A DNA stretch of 64,000 bases from Raja brachyura (lineage: Eukaryota). Below the pieces are notes generated by a model. It worked only from the letters and a program-made list of their open reading frames with translations. It ran no database searches and was not told the origin of the DNA. The DNA is taken from assembly GCA_963514005.1 (NCBI GenBank), contig OY740812.1, forward strand, positions 2,728,001-2,792,000, given 5' to 3'. This document shows, in pieces, positions 27,600-40,397 of the stretch (positions within the stretch are counted from its first letter, which is position 1; every line of letters begins with the position of its first letter). A program made the position numbers and the translations under genes.

Positions 27600-27850
27600 G
27601 GTGAGGAGGGAAAGATTTAATTGGAACCCGATGGATAACTTTTTTTACACAAAGGGTGGTGGGTGTATGGATAGCTGCCGGGGGAGGTAGTTGAGGCAGG
27701 TACTGTCGTAATGCACAAGAAGCATTCAGGCATGGATAGGATAGGTTTAGAGAGATATGGGCCAACGTAGGCAGATGAGACTGGTGTAGATGGGGTATGT
27801 TGATCGGCAAGGGCAGGTTGGGCCGAAAGGCCTGTTTCCACACTATATAA
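27600..27850 (+). mobile_element. CR1 LINE 3' end
   Basis: FFTQRVVG remnant and 3' UTR. Confidence 0.75.
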
Positions 27851-29287
27851 ATCTATGTCCTCCAGGTGCTGCTGTGACATGCTCCCTGTAGTGCATCTCC
27901 CCTAAATATGCTTACATCTCTCTATTGTGCTGAAACATTTATATTCTTCATTATAATGACGAACCAGGGATTTATTCCCATTTGAAAAAATATCTGCCAG
28001 AGATCCGAGTGTTTTATCTCATGTTAAAGGATTAATGGATGGAAGGGACATGAAGCAAAGCATTCAGGAAGAGTATAAACCCCACATTCCAAGTTTATAT
28101 TTTCATTCTAAATTCTTGTGTCTCCATTTACTTTTTATATATTATTTACATGCTTCCTCTTGTGATATTGCTACATGAACTCAATGCTGTTACAGGGCAT
28201 CTTTGGAATGCAGAATGAAAAAAAATTGACCGCAAGTAGACCAAGGTAGCTGGTATTTTATTAATTGTGTTTTTTTTTGGCTGTGCATTGTATCCCTGCA
28301 TAAAACAAACCCAACTTTTAGTTTGAACAGCAAAGATACTCTACTTAGTTAATGGTTCAGTCCAGTACCATGACTTGCTTGAGGGGCATCAACAGAATCA
28401 TGATACAGCAGCCAAGAAAAATATTCTTCAAAGCTTTCCATTCAGTTTAAGCAATATCACAGAAATGGGGGTGACTTTTAGTTCCACTGAGCAACAATAA
28501 TGTCGCTATTTAATCTCCCATATGTGGATCCATTTAACCCCATCCACAGAGATGATTTAACAGGCAAAGCTTAATAGTACCTCCAATGCAGCACTGACTC
28601 AATTAGTGATCATAGACTTCAAAAAACTCAGATATGTGTTGTCAGAATAGTTAAACCTATTATTAATTGGCTGCTTTTTGTCTTTAGCATCCTACTTTCC
28701 AGGCTGTGAGATAGCTAATTAATATTTCAGCAAGCGCACCAATTTGGCAGAGGAAATAATTGATGAGAAAAATGTAATAATGTCTGAAAAACTATCGTCC
28801 AAATTAAATTCCCCATCACAAGCTCCATATCTCAATTTAATTAATTACATGAATGTTACACAGTAGAATGCACTGTCAGATTGTTTCCAAAACGGTTGAA
28901 AGACGGCGGCTTGCACCATTTTGGGAGATTTGGCCTGAAGAATAGCTGAACAAAATAACTAATTAGTAGGATAAACCCACTAAATCTGCTGCATATCTAT
29001 CTGGGACATCAAAACATTGCACTGTATCCCTGGGCCAGGAATTTAATCAGGATTATTATATCCAATTGCTATTTAGGGAGTTTTACTGGGAAGTACATAA
29101 CAATGCTGACTGGAAGATCCTAATTTCCGGTACAATCCCAGTATCAATAATTTTGCAAGCAGACCAGATTGTCTTCATTACCTTGGCCAACAGAACAACC
29201 AGTTATGAACTGCTAGGGCTGTTGCTGCCCACTGAATTGAAGAGAGAAAACAAATTACATGGATAATTAGCTTAAAAATTAACTAAA

Positions 29288-29608
29288 GTTTAGTTTAGTT
29301 TTGAGATATAGCATGAAACAGGCCCTTCGGCCCACCAAGCCCACATTAACCATCAATCTCATATTCACACTAGTTCTACATTATCCCACTTTCCCAATCA
29401 TATCTTGCATACAAGATGAACATTTAACAGAGGCTGATTAATCTACTAACCCACACCTCTTTACAATGTGCCAAGAAATCTGAGCACCTAGAGGAAACCC
29501 ATGTGGTCGCAGGGAGAACATGCAAACTCCACACAGGCAGCATCCACAATCAGGATTGAACCTGGGCTGTCTAAACTGTGAGGCAGCAGCTCTATCGCTG
29601 TGCCGCCC
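29288..29608 (-). mobile_element. V-SINE (HE1-like)
   Basis: Reverse complement of the same head, V-domain and tail; (CTAAA)n tail. Confidence 0.82.
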
Positions 29609-29822
29609 AGGTAGAAAGTCATTAAAAAATATTAATGCAAGCACATTCATTCCACTGAACAAAGTTAAATTATACAAAGCGTAGAAAAACTTTCTGAATA
29701 AATATTGTTCATTTGAAAAACTTTAAACCGATGTTGCAAAACATATGCTCATGGTTTGGTGTGGATTGCAGCAACAGACCATTACTGGTATCTCCAGAGA
29801 ACTTGAAAGAACGGAGGCTTAC

Positions 29823-29987
29823 CTCAATTGGATGGCTGCTGTCAAGGGCATCAAGTTCTAGTGCTCGTGTGTAGTCAACCGATACAAACTGGGTCCAGAT
29901 GTCATATTCTGGGAAGCAGTGATCAACACACAGATACTCAATCCACGAAGCAAAGCCTTCATTTAACCACAGATGCGTCCACCACTC
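29823..29987 (-). CDS. NPEPPS: NPEPPS-like exon 10 (EWWTHLWLNEGFASWIEYLCVDHCFPEYDIWTQFVSVDYTRALELDALDSSHPIE), third zinc ligand
   Basis: 165 nt; tgcag/gtaagc; WLNEGFA motif; ORF 29709..29993. Confidence 0.98.
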
Positions 29988-30588
29988 CTGCAATCACAGA
30001 TATGGTATTTGAATACACTTGCTTACATTTAAAATACAGCTCAAGTTTTAAGTAACCTTTCCAAAGAAAATATGGCCACAAATTGCTTCCAATTTTGCAT
30101 CCAAGACATGACTTTTGCGGGGTTTGTTTTGCTCAAATTTGAGTTTGTGCCCAAGTCACATTTTCTTTAAAAACAAGACTTGGACTCTTGCAGAAAGTAT
30201 TTTAAAATTACTGAAAACTTTCCATGCTCTTAAAACATGGAAAACAAAGCTGCCAGCAACTATCTAAGCCTGCATGCTGTTCTCCCCTGCTGGGAAATTC
30301 ACAGCCCATAAAATAGCATGCATCTGGTTGGCTGTAATCTATGGATGAGTATTTCAGACCAACAGTGGTGGATGCCTTGTGCCACTCAGAACAAATCTGC
30401 TAAACCAATATTTACTGGCCTTGACATGCATATTCATTTTAGACCATAAGCAATACATTTGTGGATTTTCCAATGTTGTTCCGGGAACCTGCTGTTTAGC
30501 TTCTCTGCACAATTAATTGAGGCCATATTCCCTTTCATCCCAATCACACAATGCCCAGATTGGTAAAGGCCAATACTCATTGATTCAC

Positions 30589-30805
30589 CATTGTCCTTGC
30601 ATATTCTTGTTTTGAACACAATGTGATCATTATTTTCCAATTGCTGATGTACTCTAAATAATTCAACCATGAATTTGTCCACCACTGCTGCAGTCACAGA
30701 TATTGCACTTGGAACACATTTGCTTGCATTTAAAATGCAGCACACATTTTAAGTAATCTTTCCAAATATAATATTATGGCCACAAAACTCTTCCAATTTT
30801 CCATC
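30589..30805 (-). pseudogene. Degenerate duplicate of the intron-9 3' end and exon-10 start (candidate pseudo-exon 30589-30687)
   Basis: About 30660-30805 aligns by eye to about 29960-30100. Reads QWWTNSWLN versus EWWTHLWLN after an intact tgcAG. Confidence 0.75.
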
Positions 30806-32259
30806 TATCCACTCCAAATAATTTTTTTTTTCCACTATGACCATTTCCAGAACTGCACACATTCTAAAATGCCTTCCTCACCTCTGACAACATGCTCGAC
30901 CACTTATTTTTCTCTAAATAAAATTAGCCAAAATGACTGCCTTTGCATCCCTCTGAACTATTGACAGAAATGCAAGTTTATCTTAACTTCAATGTTTGAT
31001 GGGCTTCAAGATACTGAGAGCTGGACATTTTTCCTTCTGATACTTTCTGCCCAGGGTGCACATGCCCAGGGTGTCTTTTGGTTCTAAAGTTAGAAAGAAT
31101 ATTTCGCTAAAGTCACTAGTTCTCCTCAGCCATCTCCAATTCTGCAAAAATGTGATCGTTCTATGATAATTCTTCAATATATTTCCTTCTTTCCTTCCAC
31201 ATTTCAGCATCTACGCACTGAAGCGAAGGGAAAGTCAGTGGCTATGTGCGAGAAAATAAACCGAGGGGCTTCAGGGGAAGAGGATAAAAAAGGAAAGAGA
31301 CTAATGGGGGCAACTGTATTTCATAGCAACATAGAAAACAGGTACAGGAGTAGGCTATTCGACCCTTTGAGACAGCACCGCCAATGGCTGATCATCCAAA
31401 ATCTGTACCCTGTTCCTGCTTTCTTCCCATTTCCCTTGATTCCGTTAAAAGCCTTAAGAGCTATATCTAACTTGAATACATCAGACCGGATGGGTTTATA
31501 GCATCTTTCCAAGTCAGTTCTCAAAGGATTAAGAGATCGACAAAAGCAATGCTCCCCATCCATAATTAAGTGATCCAAAAATAATCCTATTTGGATTTCA
31601 GTCAATCTGTCAACATTGACAAATCTAATTGTTGATCTATACATGGTGCAACCTGGCAACTCTTAACATCTTGACTCTACAAACATTAAGAGACTAGATG
31701 AAATAAGATTAAAAAGGACTCGACTACAACTTGAATCCAATTTCTGGAACTGATAAATGAATTTGGAAAGTGAGCTGCAGCAGGTTTGAGAGAGGGGCAC
31801 TGCACCAAACTTGCTTCACCGCACCACCCTGCAGTGAGGAACAAAGCCTTGAAAACAAGTAGCACTCGTCAAGATTTAGAGGATCTCAGTTGTTCCTTGT
31901 AATGGCCAATTCATATAAGCAAGTGCAAACCAAAAAAAGGAGCATCTGTATGAACAGATGAAGACATACACAGAATATTTATATTTGCTTTTGCCCTCAA
32001 TGCCTTCTATCACGTCTAATAAAGACAATTGATTTTTTGGCAAACTGTAAAAAGTCTCAAAAATAAAACTATTTCTTCCCTCTTTGACTATAGTTATATG
32101 ATAGATGAAAGCATATAACAACTGTCATTTGATTAGCCATCAGGATATCAAATATGCCAGTAAAATAAATGACACCGGAAGTTAAAAAAATTCAAGTGGA
32201 AATCTCAGTCTTACAAAAGGAAAATGTAAAATCGAGAAAAACTATCCACAATTTAAAGT

Positions 32260-32745
32260 CAGTGCCATATAGTAGAGAAACAGGGTGTTGGCCCAACTAT
32301 ACCATGCCAACCAAGATGCCCCATCTACACTAGTCCCACCTTCCTGCGTTTGGCTCATATCCCTCTAAACCTTTCCTATCCATGTACCAGTCCAAATGTT
32401 TTACAAAGTTGTTACAGTACCTGCTTCAACTACTCCTCTGGAAACTTTTTCCAAGTACCCACCACTCCCTCTTTGTGGAAAACGCTGTCCCTCAGGTTCT
32501 TATTAAATCTTTCCATTCTCATCTGAAACTTTTGTCCTCCGGTTGTCCTACTATGGGTAAAAGACACCTCTATAAGATCCCTCAGCCTCCCTGGCTCCAA
32601 GAAATAAAGTCCTAGCTTGCCTAACCTCTCAATAGCTCAGGCCCACAAGTCTTGGCAACATCCTCGTAAGTCTTCCCAGCACTCTTTCCAACTTTGTGAA
32701 ATGCTTCGTATAGCAGGGTGACAAAAACTGAACACAATACTCCAA
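32260..32745 (-). mobile_element. CR1 LINE 3' fragment
   Basis: Same family as 26658-27530. Confidence 0.8.
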
Positions 32746-34974
32746 TTAACCCATTTTTGTTTGAAAGCAAAAAAGCTGAAAACATCAATGGTCTGACAGC
32801 ATCTGTGGAAGAAAAACTTTCAGGTCAAAGGCTCTTTATTCAGAACTGGGAAAAGTGATAAAATATAATACATTTCAGATTTTTTTTTGTTTCAGCTTGC
32901 TTTACTGAAAACAACACAATAACCCGAGAGTTAGTAAAGCCGAGGACTGCTTCCATTAATGGCTAGGCAATTTCATGATATTCCACATCAATAAACAAGT
33001 CAACTATTAAGCATCGAGTGGGAGATCAAATCCAATTGCAAATTCTGCATTAAGTATAAATCACATAAAAGTGAAATATTCGTTTTTGGTGGTGGAGCAG
33101 GAGTGCGAGGAGAATATGGAGGAGGACACACAAATTATTGAAAAATTATATCCCGACAGCACCACATTTTGGGATTTAATGGTAATGTACAAGGGCACGA
33201 AAAGGAAAAAAGCAGCCAAACAAAAGTCCATAAGCGAACAAAAAGAAAAGGACATGAAAATAATTCTGAAAGCTTAGTCTCACAAAGAGAAGTCTATCAA
33301 CAACAGCCATTGAGAGGCAGACAAATCTGCACTGCCAGCCAAGTTTAGTTTCTACTTGGCCTAAATTGTTTTTCCAAGTCATCACTCACATTTTTACTGC
33401 AGATGCACACAGCCAAGCATTCTAACACTGTCAGAGTGGCTACAGATAAAATAGCACTGCATAAATTCTGTAGTTATTAAAGTGTAAACCAAACCTAAAA
33501 ATGCTTCTGTTCAGCAGCTTAAAGTCTCAGACAGACACAAAGGCAGCTGGAATTTATAAAATCAGTTACATCATGCAGCATGTAACTTATCGCTGGAATT
33601 CAGACCAGACAATGGGATTTAAAGCAAGAAAAGACAGCGACTAGCATCACAGTTGACAAGAAGAATCAGACTTGTATTAAATAAATAAATGGATAACACA
33701 AGCACACCAGGTGGTAGTAGCCCATCATGCCTGCCCCACCATTTAATATGATCATGGCTTATCTAAGGAGGTCTCAACTACAATGTAATTTCTCTATTTC
33801 CTTATGTTCCTTGATCGATCAAATGTTAATCCACATCCACGCTAAATACTTCTATTGAGGCAGCTTCCACCAGGGCAAAGAATTCAAGAGATTCACCACT
33901 CGCTAGACGAAGAAATTTCTACCCATCTCAGTTTTAAATGACAGGCCTTTGTCATGGTTAGATTCAACATTCCAGACTATCCTACTGGGAAAACATCCCA
34001 ACACCTACTCTATTCAGTACTGTTCAGCTTATATATTTGATTAAGGTCACCCTCATTCTTCAAAACTCCAAGGAATATAGGCCTGAACTATTTGGTCTTT
34101 CTTTGGTGGACTACCCTCTCATACCAGGAATTAACCTGGTGAATTTCCTTTGGAGCATCACCAAAGGATCTTTTTTTTTTTAAAGATTATCTTCCCCCTA
34201 CTCCTACAGCACTGCAGCAACTCGCCCACTAGAGCCAAGCTAGGATACTGTCCGATTCACCACTACCTCATTATGGACATTGGACTTTGTCTCTGGAACT
34301 GGAACTATACAATGCTGAGAATTATATTTGGCACCTGTAATCTTTCTTTTTGTTCTACCTATTGTACTCGAATTTGGCTCTATTGTTTTCATGTATAGTA
34401 TTATCTGATTTGATTGGATAGCATGCATACCAAAGTTTCTCACTGTCCCTCGATACACACGACAATAATAAACCTAAACCTATCCATTCGGGCCACTGCT
34501 CTGAAGCCAATTATTTTTATTTCTCTCATTACCCTCTTAACTTTCAGCAAATGATGTTGCCTTTCCCTGTAACTCAGCCACTGCCCTTCTTGACTCTGTC
34601 ACGCCTCCCATTTTTCGATTCTGAAGGCACTTGCCCTGCCCGCCGTACTAAACTATGTACCACATCTCTAACTTAACCATCTCACTCCCCTGCTATCCAG
34701 CAAGGCTAGACTCCCTCGTGACTACCCCAGCTACACCATCTCCCTCTTTGCATTCTCTTAAAGATCATCAATTTTTGCTTCCTGACAACAATCAGAATTA
34801 TCCCATCTTGTACTTTCACTAACTCCCAGAAGAGGCTTTCCAAAACTCTTCAGACAATATTCTGCCCGATTTAAAAATAGAGTACATGATTATTTTTATT
34901 TGGTCAGGTATCATTTGAAATGTACATCCTATTATTAACCAAGGGAAAACAGATGGCATACAATTATGTCAAGA

Positions 34975-35420
34975 GGAAAGATTGAAAAGACTAGGCTTGT
35001 ATTCACTGGAGTTTAGAAGGACGAGGGGGGGGGGGGGGGGAACTTATAGAAACATATAAAATTGTAAAAGGACTGGACAAGCTAGATGCAGAAAAAATGT
35101 TCCCAATGTTGGGCGAGTCCAGAACCAGGGGCCACAGTCTTAGAATAAAGGGGAGGCCATTTAGGACGGTGAGAAAAAACTTTTTCACCCAGAGAGTTGT
35201 GAATTTATGGAATTCTCTGCCACAGAGGGCAGTGGAGGCCAAGTCACTGGATGGATTTAAGAGAGAGTTAGATAGAGCTCAAGTGGCTAGCGGCTATTGG
35301 AGTCAAAGGATATGGGGAGAAGGCAGGCACGGGTTATTGATAGGGGACGATCAGCTAAGATCACAATGAAGGGCCGAATGGCCTCCTCCTGCACCTATTT
35401 TCTGTTTCTAAGTTTCTATT
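34975..35420 (+). mobile_element. CR1 LINE 3' fragment, young-looking
   Basis: ORF 35097..35369 (FFTQRVVNLWNSLPQRAVEA). Confidence 0.9.
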
Positions 35421-35959
35421 TCAAAAATGAATACATCTGTAACTGATTCTCCAACTGCTGAATTTATTACAATTACACTATTGCAGGGAAATATCAAGAC
35501 TCCAGCTGCTGTTTTAATTTAATGGCTCAATACAAATTCATATCTTCAATAATGGGACATAACCCACAAAAATAGGCAGGAAAGCCATCAGACACAAATG
35601 GAGACACGGGCCAATATGGCAATCACCTGCTCGATGCTCCATAGGTACTTGGGGACTTGAACAGAGTGTAAATGAAACCTGCTCTTTGCAAGTAAAAGTC
35701 TCGCTATCAACAGCCATTACAAATATGGATAGACAACATAGTATTGTAGAAAAACCTGTCCTGCCAGCCAGCTAAAAATGAGATAAGGGTAACTTTACAG
35801 CTCTCAAAAAAGATAAAAATGAAGTTTTAAAAGCTATATTATTTTTTAAAGTTATATTTTGTACTTTGGACTTTCCTCCGTAATGTTGAAATACTTCACA
35901 TAACCAGCAAATGAGATTGGAGTTTGGAAAAACTGAAAGGTCAAATTTATCTTCAAATA

Positions 35960-36880
35960 AATCTGCAAAGTGTGAATTAAAGGTACAAATAATAGCAAAT
36001 GGATCTAATTTAATTGCTTTTATTAAAGAAACATGTTTGCATGGTGATCAAACTTGTGAACTAAATATCCTAGGGCATTTGACGTTTAGGTAGGTCAGGT
36101 CGGGGGAAGTTCCCCCCGCCACGGGTACCATGTAACCCCGTGCTACCCGCTCCATGGTCACCTGGTTTGCCAGGTGAGGAGGGGGCTGTGGACCCCCAGC
36201 AGGACCAAAAACAAGACCTGTCAAAGGGCAGATGAGCTTCTAGCGAGCCAACGGCCATCCACACTTCAGTAAAAGTTGCGATCACTGTCGTACATAGCCA
36301 TGTAAGGAATGATGATAAAGCACACACACCAAAATCCTACACTGCCAGCGGTGGAAGTCCGCAGGAACTGGAGGACAGAGATGTGTGGTGCGTCCGTCAA
36401 CGTTCCCGGTGGAAACCAGCACCACTGCGTCGCTAATATTTTCAACGATGATGATGATCTAGGTTAAAAGTAAAAAGATGTGGAGAATGCTGCTACAAAG
36501 GGACAGAAAGGACCTTGGCTTAGGAGGCTCTTCTTCAGAATTAGAATCACTTTTGATGTAGTTATAGAGTAGCAGGGGCAGAAAGCATTGACTAGAGTTG
36601 TTCATAGATCTCCAAATAGTAGTTGTGATGAAGGGTTTCATATACACGTGCAAATTAAATGCATGTGCAACACGGATAATACAGTAAATCACGGGGAACT
36701 TTAATTTACATGCAGATTGAACAAACCAAATTGTATTATGAAATAACTTCTGGAACATGTACAAAATTAATTTCTAGGTCGGTCTGTTGAGGAATTGATG
36801 AGGGAACAGCCGATTTTAGATCTTGTTCTGACCACCAAAAGGTAATTTAATACTTTTTGTAAAAGGGAACCCTAGGAAAG
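35960..36880 (+). mobile_element. Old CR1 endonuclease-domain remnant, split by the 36091-36458 insert
   Basis: DLIAxxET-like...ELNIxGxLTFR; later GDFN-like (GNFN) and ILDLVL remnants. Confidence 0.6.
36091..36458 (+). mobile_element. Short GC-rich structured retroposon, probably an RTE-derived non-autonomous element, (GAT)n tail
   Basis: Several hairpins in the 5' half; LEDRDVW-like 3' segment; GATGATGATGAT tail; interrupts a CR1 remnant. Confidence 0.6.
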
Positions 36881-37297
36881 AATGCAAAGTTCTAACAAAT
36901 TATTATGGTCACTAAGACCACAGCTCACTGTGAGTTGAGAATTCCAAAGATTCTCAGCCCTCAGTGAAGAAATTCCTCTTCAACTTATTCTGATTCTATG
37001 AATGCTGCCCCTTATTCTTAAAATATAAGCCTGAATAACAAACTTTTAGTCTGTCTTCGTGAAAAGCTCAAAAAACTTGCCAAAAACACAAAATATTGTA
37101 GCAGGAATTGGACATTTAGCATTTCAAACTTGCGCCACCAATCAATAATACCAACTGAACCTCTATTTCAATACTATATTCCTGCTTCCTCCCCATATTC
37201 TTCCATATCCTTTGTACACAGAAATTTAGCTACCTCAAATATATTTAGCAAATCGGCACTCACAGAAAACAGGGGAGTACAGTCCTGTTAGCCAACA

Positions 37298-37456
37298 GGG
37301 TAACGTTTTGGGTTGAAACCCTTCTCCAGACTGAAGGGTCTCGGCCAGAAACGTCACCCATTCCTTCTCTCCAAAGATGCTGCCTCACCCGCTGAGTTAC
37401 TCCAGCGTTTTGTCTACCTTCGATTTGAACCAGCATCTGCAGTTCTTTCTTACACA
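37298..37456. mobile_element. Penelope-derived unit with inverted 5' piece
   Basis: ...CCCTTCTCCAGA|CTGAAGGGTCTCGGCCAGAAACGTCACCC... Confidence 0.72.
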
Positions 37457-40282
37457 CCTGTATGCCTATTAGTGGCCAGCTCTCCATGATCCCATGTGAT
37501 CTAACTTCCAGGTTATCCTACCATACAAGACCTTGCCAGAGTCTAGGTAGCCAAGTCTATTGCCTACATTCGTCAATTCTCTTCATCACCACTTCAGAAT
37601 ATTCAAATTTGAGATAATTTTCAATGCATGAATATACTTAATCAGAATATCAGAATAATGCTGAATATCCCTAATCAATCCTTGCTTTTCCAAATGCAGG
37701 TAGTTTCAGTCTCAGAATCCCCTCCAGTGTCTCAGAATCCCCTCCCTTACCTGGAATTCCATAACATGAGCTTGCATCCCATCTTAAAGAAAGGCACTAC
37801 ATTAGCCACCATCTGGTCTTTTGCTCCCTCACCTATACTAAAGATGATGCAAATATTTCTGCCAGACCCCTGTAATTTCTTTCCTAGCTTCCCACAAAGT
37901 ACAAAGTTGATCAGGCCTTGTGATTGATCCATTTTAATTTACCTTAAGACCCATTGGGCCTCCTATTTTGTAATGTGGATATGTTCTAATCAAAGGAATA
38001 GAAGAGAAGCAAACATGTCTTTTCTTACTACAACTAAATGGGGCAATTTGGCTCCAGACCCAAGATCATTGCACACAATTTTGGTCTCCTTACCCAAATA
38101 GAGATATGTGCAATGAAGGCAAGAGTTCATCAGAATGCTTCTTGCCTGGTGGGGATGTTACATGTGGAGAGGTGAAATTGTCTGGGACTATTTTTCAGAG
38201 TATAGAAGATCTCACTGAAACTAACAAATTTGTACAGCGCTCAACTATGCAGACTCAGGGAGGATGATTCGCTGGCTGAAGTGACAAAACCAAGTTGTGT
38301 CATGTCACACACACTCTCCTCTCTTCCTCCGTTTCCCCCTCCCCCATTCAGTTCCATCTGCTCATCCCCTACATAAACACACACATCTTCTGGCAATCCT
38401 TTCATTCCCCCCAAACGGTTACTTAACAGATTCTGCATCTACAGCTACTTATTTCTATTTCTCACCTTCCAACCTCCCTTTTCTCATCCCGCCTGCCTCT
38501 TTTTTCGACTTCATTCTCCATCTATCACCCAGCATTTTATTGACTCCACCGCTCCTGCTCCTTGTCTATTACCTCTCCTCCCCTGGTTCCACTCATCACC
38601 TGCCTGCCCCTGCCTCTCATCTGTTTTCCCCCTCTACATGCTTGAACTGCTGAGCTCCTCCAGCAGTTTGATTTTCTTGTTCCAGATTCTAGCATCTGCA
38701 GTCTCTTGTGTCTCCAGCCTACATGTGTGAGCTTTGAAATAAATATACAAATAAGGAGAAGCTGTGTTTTGGATTGAAATTTTAATGAAGCTGAAATCCA
38801 AACCACAAGTATGTGGTGTGGGCACCGTGACCAGAGTTAAAAAGTCCTTCTACAATGGAATACATATGGACTTGATTAAACAGCATTCATATTTTCAGTT
38901 TCAAAGTAAATGCTACTTTGGAAAAGATGCAAATGAATGATCAGTTTCATCAACACCAATCAGGATGTTATCAAATCCATTTCATTAGGTTATAATCTCT
39001 CCTAATTTTACACATACATCATGTTTGCTCTTCTACACATTTTCAGAGGGGACCAACACAAGGGTAGCAATGGTATTTTCAGGCTGACCACTAGCTACTT
39101 GGCTATGAAGTGCATGCAAGATGACTAGTGGTGTCAGTAGAGTACTTAGCTACAGTAAACATGCCGGCAGGATTTCTTTCAAAGGAGAGTTCAACAGACT
39201 GCCGAAAACATCTATACCCGTATTTAGATAATAAAATGACACCACTATATAAACTGTACAAAAATCTGAACAGACTGCTGACTCAGCAGTAACTTAACCA
39301 GATAACCTTTGCTAGACCTTGCAAATATTGTGCTCTGGCAAGGTAATGAAAATTGACAGTACCTTCAACCTGAAAAATTTAACTTTGTTTCTCTTCACAC
39401 AGAAATGACCTGACCTGCTGAGTATTTTCACATTTACAGTTTTTGTTTCATTCTGACAGGGCAACTAACTCAACCATAACACATGCAGCCAGCAACTCTA
39501 TCAGTGGTGTTCACACAAATATCGGCAGAAATGGTGTTTCATGGGTCAACAGATAAGACACTGCTTCACATGTAGACAGCATGCAGGTGTGGGTGCAAGC
39601 ACGAGAGTTCTCTCATTGGATTCAGCTCACCGGCACATAAATTATGAATGTCTTCCATATTGAAGAATAGATCTAGAATTTCAGCAAAACAAGACATCAA
39701 AACACAGCTTCTCTTGCAAGATCCTGGCTGACATCACCATAGCAGCTTGGGAAATAGTTACACCCAGGAGCTTAGATACAGCTACAAATTGCAATATATA
39801 TCCTGAGAAAATAAGTCATAAATTACAATATATATATAATATGTAATATACACCTCAAGAAAATTAGGAGGGACAATAGTTGACCTACTCTCTTCCTTGC
39901 CTGGGTGGAGTAAATGGTTTCAATTAGGAGTTCCAGGATGAAATAAAGTTACATTTTTCATAAACATAGCAAAAGAAAGACAATTTTTTTGTCAGATACA
40001 AAGCATACAATTCAAATGGTGCTGAATATAAGTTAACAAACATCATTAGAATCAAGCATCAAATCTATTGAAAATTGCAGTGCTTTATTTAACCCACCTT
40101 CTCCAACTTCCATTACATTTCAAGTCTGAATGACTTTGATTTAAAATACAATGATTCACTGGTGCACGGAAATCCTGAGAAGCAAGCAAGCCTTTGCCTG
40201 GAGACAGGTCTCTTGTCTAAAGCAGAACAAGCTGAGTTTTCACAAATGCACTCTCTTTATTTTCCAAAGATTAGAATATTAC

Positions 40283-40397
40283 CATAGTGACGAGGTTTCC
40301 AAACCACTGATGAGCAAGCTCATGGCCGACTACCAAAGCAACCCACTGTTTTGATGATGAGCAGGAATTTTTTGGATCAATCAAGAGGGCTGTTTCT
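40283..40397 (-). CDS. NPEPPS: NPEPPS-like exon 9 ([38 protein letters not shown]), HEXXH zinc motif
   Basis: 115 nt; cccag/gtaata; [13 protein letters not shown]. Confidence 0.98.

Noticed and set aside
33071-33277. 68-aa charged ORF on + strand (EQECEENMEED...KRKKAAKQK)
   Set aside because: GTG start, purine-rich composition, no recognised homology or splice context, antisense within an intron
35025-35040. Long G homopolymer; other G/C tracts near 2017, 5133 and 43147
   Set aside because: Tracts lie within retroelements and homopolymer length is unreliable; no case for a functional G-quadruplex
36229-36252. CAGATGA-GCT..AGC-CAAC resembling a hammerhead core
   Set aside because: Both catalytic boxes deviate (CAGA for CUGA, CAA for GAAA); a simple hairpin fits as well
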